NCBI RefSeq assembly: GCF_009914755.1
Contig: NC_060940.1
Origin: the human T2T-CHM13v2.0 reference genome, Homo sapiens
Length of the DNA: 64,000 bases
Reading direction: 5' to 3' (one strand)
Shown here piece by piece: positions 54,705 to 64,000 of the stretch. The position numbers and the translations under genes are program-made. Under the pieces are notes generated by a model that saw nothing but the letters and a program-made list of their open reading frames with translations, was not told the DNA's origin and ran no database searches. Numbering within the stretch: the first letter of the stretch is position 1; every line of letters begins with the position of its first letter.

Positions 54705-55178
54705 TGTGGTAGACTGAAAAACATGGCCCTGAGTTTTCACAGCCTTAGAAATGAGATGTTGCATCTCCTCCCAGGAAGTTACAGGTAAATTCTATTTTCC
54801 CACCCCCTGCATCTGAGCTCGTTTTTGGCTGCTTTAACCAAATAGAAAGTAGCACAAGTGATGGTGCAACAGACTTGAATCCAGGCCTCAAAAGGCCTTG
54901 TTCCCTCTCTCTAGAACTCTGCACCTACAAGTGGGCAGCCCAGCCAGCTTGCTGCAGGAGGAGAGGCCATGCAAAGCACAGGTCAGCTGTCCATGCTCAG
55001 GCCTCTCCCACCCAGACCAACTAGCCCCACGCAATCCAGAAGACAACCACAGATGCCAGAAGAACCACCCAGATAGTCCCAGCACAAACTGCTGTAAAAT
55101 TACGAATTAAACAAAGGTATTGTTTTAAACTGCTCTGTTTCTAAGCTGTTTGTTATGCAGTAAAAGCTAATTTATACA
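54705..55178 (+). mobile_element. MaLR solo LTR (MLT1F/G/H-like) inserted into a MIR 3' end
   Basis: TGTGGTAGAC...TTTGTTATGCAGTAAAAGCTAATTTATACA; MIR end resumes as AAGTATTCAATAATTGCTAG. Confidence 0.75.
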
Positions 55179-55590
55179 GGAAGTATTCAATAATTGCTAG
55201 CAGTTATTATTATTGCTGTGATTTTATTAGTAGCAGAATTAATCAGGCTGCTTGGACCCTGAGTCATCCATTCCCCCACAAATATTTGTACAGCTCTTCA
55301 GAGCCATGGACTTTCCCTGTATCATCTCATTCAATCTTCATAACAACCCTTCTAGGTAGGATTGTGATTCCCATGCTACAGCTGGAGGAACTGGGCTTCA
55401 GCAAGGAGACTTGATGCTGGTCCAGGAGGTAGAAGAGTCAGACAGGCCAAAGTCTAAGGCTGTCATCGCTGGGTCTCTTGGGATGGTCATTTTTACATTG
55501 CCTGGATTTTCTCTAAAATGTGACACTATCTGAATATCATTTGATTTTAATCACCTTGTTACAGTATAACCCTGTTACAGGATGGATAGT

Positions 55591-56871
55591 TGTATCTGCC
55601 CAGTGGGTTCACCTTGCCTACTGCCTAGATAGAGCCAGTTTATCAAGACAAGGGAATTGCAGTAGAGAAAGAGTAATTCACACAGAGCCGGCACGGCGGG
55701 AGACTGGAGTTTTATTATTACTCAAGTCAGTTTTCCTGAGAAGTTGAGGATCAGAGTTCTTAAAGATAATTTGGTGGGTAGGGGCTTGGGAAGTGGGGAG
55801 TGCTGATTGGTCAGGTTGGAGATGGAATCATAGGGGGTCAAAGTGGGGTTTAATTGCTGTCTTTTGTTCCTGGATAGGATCACAGATCTGGGTGAGCCAC
55901 ATTACAGGTCTGGGTGGTGTCAGCTTATCCATCGAGCCCAGGGTCTGCAAAGTATCTCAAGCCCTGGTCTCTGGTTTTAAAATAGTGATGATATCCTCAG
56001 GAGCAATCTGGGGAGGTTCAGACTCTTAGAGCCAGAGGCTACATGATCCCTAAACCATAACTTCTAATCTTGTAGCTAATTTGTTAGTCCTACAAAGGCA
56101 GACTGGGCCCCAGGCAAAACGGGGTGGTTTTTAAGAAAGGGCTATTATCAATTTTGTTTCAGAGTCAAACCATAAACTGAATTCCTTCCCAAGGTTAGTT
56201 CAGCCTATGCCCAGGAATAAACAAGGAATAGCTTAAAGGTTAGAAGCAAGATGGAGTTGGTTAGGTCTGATCCCTTTCACTGTCATATTTCCTCAGTTAT
56301 GTTTGCAAAGGTGGTTTTGTTACAGGAAAGGGGTCCCAATCCAGACCCCAAGAGAAGGTTCTTGGATATCCCACAAAAAAGAATTCAGGGTGAGTCTGTA
56401 AAGTGAAAGCAAGTTTATTAAGAAAGTAAAGAAATAAAAGAATGGCTACTCCATAGACACAGCAGCCCGAGGGCTGCTTGTTGCCCATTTTTATGGTTAT
56501 TTCTTATTGATATGCTAAACAAGGGGTGGATGATTCACATCTCCCCTTTTTAGACCATATATGGTAACTTCCTGACATTGCCATGGCATTTGTAAACTGT
56601 CACGGTGCTGGTGGGAGTATAGCAATGAGGACAACCACAGGTCATTCTCGGTGCCATCTTGGTTTTGGTGGGTTTTAGCCGTCTTCTTTACTGCAACCTG
56701 TTTTATCAGTAAGGTCTTTATGACTTGTGTCTTGTGCCAACCTCCTATGCCATCCTATGACTTAGAATATCTTAACCATCTGGGAATGCAGCCCAGTAGG
56801 TCTCAGCCTCATTTTACACAGCCCCTATTCAAGATGCAGTTGCTCTGGTTCACACGCCTCTGACAGTTTCA
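55591..56871 (-). mobile_element. LTR8 solo LTR (ERV1) with MER41A inserted near its terminus
   Basis: GGGTTCACCTTGCC, GAGTAATTCACACAGAGCCGGC, GGAGTTTTATTATTACTCAA, TTTGCAAAGGTGGTTT..CA; perfect TSD TAGT 55587-90 / 56872-75. Confidence 0.88.
56318..56865 (-). mobile_element. MER41A solo LTR #3
   Basis: TGTTACAGGAAAGGGGTCC...CGCCTCTGACA; perfect TSD GTTT 56314-17 / 56866-69. Confidence 0.9.
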
Positions 56872-57944
56872 TAGTGAGAAGACATTCCATATTATTTTCC
56901 TCCTACCCTTTGTTCAACTATCCAAATCAAACCTGTGCCAGTCTGGACTCTTCTCGTGACCTATTCATGACTACCCTGGCTTCAGGAGCAGAAGAACCCA
57001 AAGGTGCAAATGGCATCATAGGCCTCATCCTTCTCCTCTCTTGAGGCTCTTTCTGTGTTGGTGGCATCCCCATACTCCTGGCTGCTGCCTGATGATCTGC
57101 CCTGGTTGATGACCTGGGTCATGCACCCATCCCCAAGCTAACCCCTGTGTTCGTGGGATGAACGATGGTTATTCACAGGTCTTGGGAAAAGCAATCAACC
57201 CTGGATCTGGAAGGGGCAAGGCCAGCCCAGCCCAACTGCAAGGAAGGAAAGTGGGGAGGAGTGTCTCCCCTGAGAAAGTCATGATGTCATGACCCAAATA
57301 AGGGGTGGCTGTGGGATCCAGACACAGATAGCAGCTGTGACTTTTGTACTTGCCCCAACCAAAGAGGGCTCTGAAACTCCCAGCGGGGTAATAAACCTTG
57401 CACTCTAGTCACACCGAGTCCTGGAACCTTCTAGGTTAGAAGACTTTATACATCAAAAGGGCCAGCTTCTAAATGTACTTATGTAAATCACAATCTGTTT
57501 TGTCACCTTTCTCCCAGAAAATGACTGTGGGTCCTTCAGTAAGTCACACAATGTCTTCGAGTTTAGTTTCCTCATCCATAAATTGAGGCTATTAATATTT
57601 ATGCTTGAGAGAGACCATAGATATAAAATGTCCTAGGCCAATGTCATGGCTAAATTTTAACTTTCATTGCTGCTTTATTTTATGCAGCTTTTCATAAGAA
57701 GGAGTTGAAAAGAGACGACATTTTTCTTATTTACTTATATTACTAAACGGGCAGCCTACTCATGCGTCTGTCTGTCTGGTGACGGCATCCACTTACTGGC
57801 CACTTCTCAGACTGTTTCCTGTCTTTGGGAGTTGGTATTTCTTGGAAACACAGTTTGATTGCTGGAAAGAGTCATAAGCAAGGTGTCTTTGGTTCATTTC
57901 TATAGATGGAAAGTAGTTCCAGGATCAAACAGAAAAATGCCAAG

Positions 57945-58528
57945 TGAAGGAATCAAAATATTTTCCCCAAAATATATTTCTTTGACATATTTTAAAATGG
58001 CTGCTATGGGGCCAACAGACGGAGGTGGCCCTGCAAAGCTGTCTTTTGCAGGGAAAAATTGCATCTGCAAAGAATCTCCATTAATGTAGCCAGGCCTTCC
58101 CCTTCTAGGCCTTTCTCAGATCTAGGAGAGATGAACTGAAAGTCTGGCACCTTTAAGTTTCTGAAAAGAGACATTTATCATCTATTCTCTCTAAAGGCTG
58201 CTGCCTAAGAGGCTTCACCTACATAACACGTCCCCCTTTGCAGCCAAGCCTCTTCTTTTCTCCCTCTCATAACCTGTCTTGCCACTGAAACCTGGTTCTC
58301 CACCATAACCCGGTTTGGGCCATGCTCTCAGCCCTCATTCTTCCTATAACCCCAAGATGATAGATAAGCATCTATACCTTGCTGGGGAGTTGGGTCTTCA
58401 TTTTGAAGCCTCCTGTGTATATACACATTAAATAATTACATAATTGCATGCCTTTTCTCCTACTAATCAATCTGCCTCATGTCAGTGATTTTTCAGCAAA
58501 CCTTAAGGGGCCAAGGCTCTTGGCCACA
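57945..58528 (+). mobile_element. MER39-like ERV1 solo LTR
   Basis: TGAAGGAATCAAAATATTTTCCCCAAAATATATTTCTTTGACATATTTT; end GTCAGTGATTTTTCAGCAAACCTT...CCACA; TSD CAAG/CAGG. Confidence 0.78.
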
Positions 58529-58608
58529 CAGGTCAAATGTCAGCCCCATGGGTAACCAGAAAACTCCAAGGCAAAGGATTAACTTGTTCATAAAAAATCA
58601 GATCAACA

Positions 58609-58910
<302 letters not shown>

Positions 58911-59137
58911 AATCAACATAATGTATAATTGGAATAGGTTCCAATGCCCTTGTCAAGAGGAGGGGTAGGGGTCCATTCCGATGGCTGTGGGGAGCTAGAA
59001 TTTTATTTCTGGTTTACCTTCCAGACTGTTCTGAGCCCTTCCTGTGCCCACTCATCAGATTCTTCCACAACCCTGGGAGGTAAGTGTTGCTATTATCCCA
59101 TCTTAAAGATGAAGAGACTGAGAGCCAGGCGCCCAGG

Positions 59138-59981
<844 letters not shown>

Positions 59982-60799
59982 CAAGGAGGTAACCAAGTGA
60001 GAATGGAACGTGTGGGGAAAGAAAAAAGACACAAAAATAAGTCGAGGGAGAGGAAAGCAAGAAAACAAATTGCATCTAGGGTTTCTACAAAGTTTCTTTC
60101 CATGTTTTCTTGTTTCTCTTTTAAAGGATGAAGGCACAGTCAGGAAAGGTAGATATTTCCGCTGTCAAAGGGAACTGCTTTATATGTTTTAGCTCTCTTT
60201 AGTTACATGGTTAAAGAAATTTGGATTCTTATGCAGCAAACTTTTCTTCTCTTTGAAGAAGCTGTTGTGAAGTCATCTTGGGATCTGAAAATTGCCACTG
60301 TTTTTTATATGATGGTGGCTTTAGGTTTCCTTTTTTTTTTTTCCACAGGGCAATGAGATACAATGAACACTGGGTGCCCCTCCCAGCCAACAATCTCATT
60401 AAAATTCATTCTCTCCTGTCCTCTTTTTACTGTTTATTTTATAAACAGAGACACAGTGTCTGAAAACTCCAGTAGCTCAAAGACACACTTTTCTGGTGAA
60501 ACCTAACTACTCTCCACTTTTATATCTGAAACCGAAGCAAATCTTCCTTCAAAGTATTTCCATCTGAATGAATCCACTTTCCAGAGGAGGTGGGAATCTC
60601 GCCCAGTCATCCAAAGTCCATAAACCTACACCTCTCTCCCAAAGCCCCACAAGAGACAGGTGTCCCTCTGAGGAAGTTAAAATGCTGAAATCCATGAATA
60701 AGTGAGGGTGTCAGGGAATAAGCCAGCTATTCTGTTTGCCATGAATGCGAAGTGAACTCACACCCCTCAAATAAAATGTGGGAGCATTTAAAGACCATT

Positions 60800-60980
60800 G
60801 CTTTAAAAATCAATGGATAAGCAAAGATTTCTTAAACCGGACACAAAAAGCACTAACCAAAAAGGAAACAATTGATAAGTTGGGCTTCATCGGAATTTAA
60901 AAGTTTTGTTCATCCAAATATACAATTTTTAAAAGTAAAACAGTAAACCACCGATGGGAGGAGATATCTGAAACACATCG
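60800..60980 (+). mobile_element. L1M ORF2 fragment
   Basis: GCAAAGATTTCTTAAACCGGACACAAAAAGCACTAACCA...ATTGATAAGTTGG. Confidence 0.8.
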
Positions 60981-61445
60981 AATCTGAACAGGAGGTTGGA
61001 AGAGGAGAGCGCACATTTTGTAAATGAGAGAGACCAGTTAGCTATAGCGTATCTCTCTCTTTGGCTTTTCATGGTGTCAGCTCTGTCCCAAACCTGGCTT
61101 TCTTCAAAGCCACCGGTGGCTGCCAACAATCTACGGGACTCCAAGCTCCTCTGCTCATCCCCAGAGAGAAGAAGCAACCCGCTTCACACACCACCAAAAA
61201 AAAGCCTTGTGCTGAGTTCTGATTGGACGAATGTAGAGCATGTGCCAACCTCTCTGCCAATTGGAAGGCCAGAGGAATGCCTTATCCAATGAGCTCAGGC
61301 CTGGCTCACTCTGGACAAAAGATGGCAAAACAAGAATGTTTTCAAGTTGTATGTATTTCACCTGAAACTATTTTATTACTTAAAAAAACTGAGCATGTTT
61401 AAAACAAAATATTGCCATTGCAGTTACTGATTTATATGCCAGTGA

Positions 61446-61698
61446 GATATATGTATGTATGTATGAGATATATGTGTGTGTGTGTGTGTGTGTTTATACG
61501 GTATGTCTATATATCAGTGTACATATATTAGCATGTATATATATTAGCATGTATATTAGCATATTGGCATGTGTAATATATATGTTATATGTATATATCA
61601 GCATATATATACAAATATACACCCATACAGATATATACACATATATACATATATACAGGTTTGTATATATGCATAAATATACAGATACTCATATATTT
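61446..61698. repeat. (TA)/(TG) low-complexity repeat
   Basis: Read directly. Confidence 0.9.
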
Positions 61699-61979
61699 TT
61701 GTTAAATTTTCACTGGTTTTATACATGTGAAATTGTTCATCTTAGTAAATTTTTTGTTTAATTGGTTTTATTGTTTTAATTTATTCAATCTACCCAGCGA
61801 TCAAAGAAAAGCCGCCTCCAAATTCTACTTTGGGACTTATATATATTCTGTACCTACCCTCCATCCAGTCATCTATTGTAAACAATTTATATAAACTGAT
61901 AAGAATCCGTGAAAGAGATCTTTGTCATATTTGTTTTCCCTGTTCTATTAACTGGCCATTCTTTTGGGTTGAGGTTTAA

Positions 61980-62448
<469 letters not shown>

Positions 62449-62925
62449 AAGCAGACACTTTTCTAATACATTTTCTGTTCATTGTACAAATTAATTCTTA
62501 ATGAATGAAGAAATTATTTTAATCTATAATGTGATATGGGTTACTACATTGATTTTCTTACACACAGCAAACCAATCCTCACAATGCTATTCAGAAAAAA
62601 ACAAAAAAAATTCTTCCTCAAAATCATGTCCTGCTTTCTTTGTCCTATCATATCCAGGAAAAGGCAGGACTGTTAGACATGAAAACCTGATAAGGACCCT
62701 ATTATCTGAAAGAATTTAATAAAACACCTAGGGAAGCAAACCCCTCTTCTTTAGTATTCTTCTTCAGAATATTCTTTCACAGTATAATATTCTATTATCT
62801 ATTTAGACTGTATTTTCTATATATACTATTTATATCTATTATCTCTTTAGAATATCTAAATCAAGTATATTTGTTACCTATTTAGAATATATGCATTTCA
62901 TTTGGAAGAATAAATTTCAAGAATA

Positions 62926-63007
62926 TTAAGTGGAGCCATGTGATATCACCAATGTTTATCCTAATCTTTGACCTACAAAAATGGAAATTTCATGAGGTCT
63001 AATCTAA
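62926..63007. mobile_element. MADE2-like mariner-type MITE
   Basis: ~80 bp near-palindrome with TTTGACCTACAAAAATGGAAATTTCAT; TA on both sides. Confidence 0.75.
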
Positions 63008-63334
63008 TATCTGTGGGGGTTGGTTTTAAGACAACATTTAACAAATACATTAATTTTTGAAAATATGACCATAAGCAGATTAATCAATTATTATTTTTAT
63101 TGTCCATAATTGTATAGTGTACTTCATGTAACTACTTACATTTCTCGTTAAGTTTATATTCTTGACTACTTCTCATTTTGTGTTGTGATTCTGAACAAAA
63201 CTTTTAAATATATTTTAATGTATGTTTTTATAAACTATTGGTGGTATGTACCAATATTATTTCAGGGTATATTTAGTTTGTTCTGAACTCAGAACAATTA
63301 GAATAAGGTAACTTAGTTGATTTCTTTGGATTGA

Positions 63335-63734
<400 letters not shown>

Positions 63735-64000
63735 TAAATAATAATGGGAGTGTGTGTGATGTCTAAAGTGATTTGATTTTGTGACTACTGCGGTGCTCAG
63801 CTGAACACAACTCCTGATTTGGAAGACAGACTTCTCGTTCCTGCTGCTGAGGATTCTTCTTTACCAGTTTTAACAGGAATGAGTGTTTATGTGAACATCT
63901 CTTGAGGTAATCTGATTATCCATCAATTATGTAAATAAGCATTCTAAAATTGAGCCATCCCCAAGTTACACACACTCTGGTGATAGTGAATTGTTATTAT

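Overview
Primate (very likely human or great-ape; AluJ/S/Y present) non-coding DNA. I recognise no protein-coding exon, tRNA, rRNA, snRNA or CRISPR array; the supplied ORFs are chance frames or read-throughs of Alu, L1, mariner and simple repeats. The window has two parts. (1) About 2.3-16.5 kb looks regulatory: CpG-rich patches, a promoter-like YY1/GC-box/RFX/CCAAT/PBX-MEIS motif cluster at about 3.8 kb, a near-consensus CTCF site at 9002-9020, a posterior-HOX/CDX motif cluster at 13.3-15.0 kb, and a ~9 kb transposon-poor block whose single old AluJ has kept unusually many CpGs (suggesting germline hypomethylation). (2) About 17-64 kb is dense with transposon remnants: ~17 Alus, L1M/L2/MIR fragments, a near full-length dead HSMAR2 mariner, Tigger4a, MER94, MADE2, and many ERV LTRs, including four same-orientation MER41A solo LTRs with target-site duplications (TSDs) and several nested insertions. 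The least explained structure is a ~910 bp segment (31510-32421) bounded by 73-bp inverted repeats and containing an 89-nt pre-miRNA-like hairpin. Repeat family names come from my recall of consensus sequences and need RepeatMasker/Dfam confirmation; the locus cannot be named without BLAT. I found no convincing new biological system, only testable candidates.
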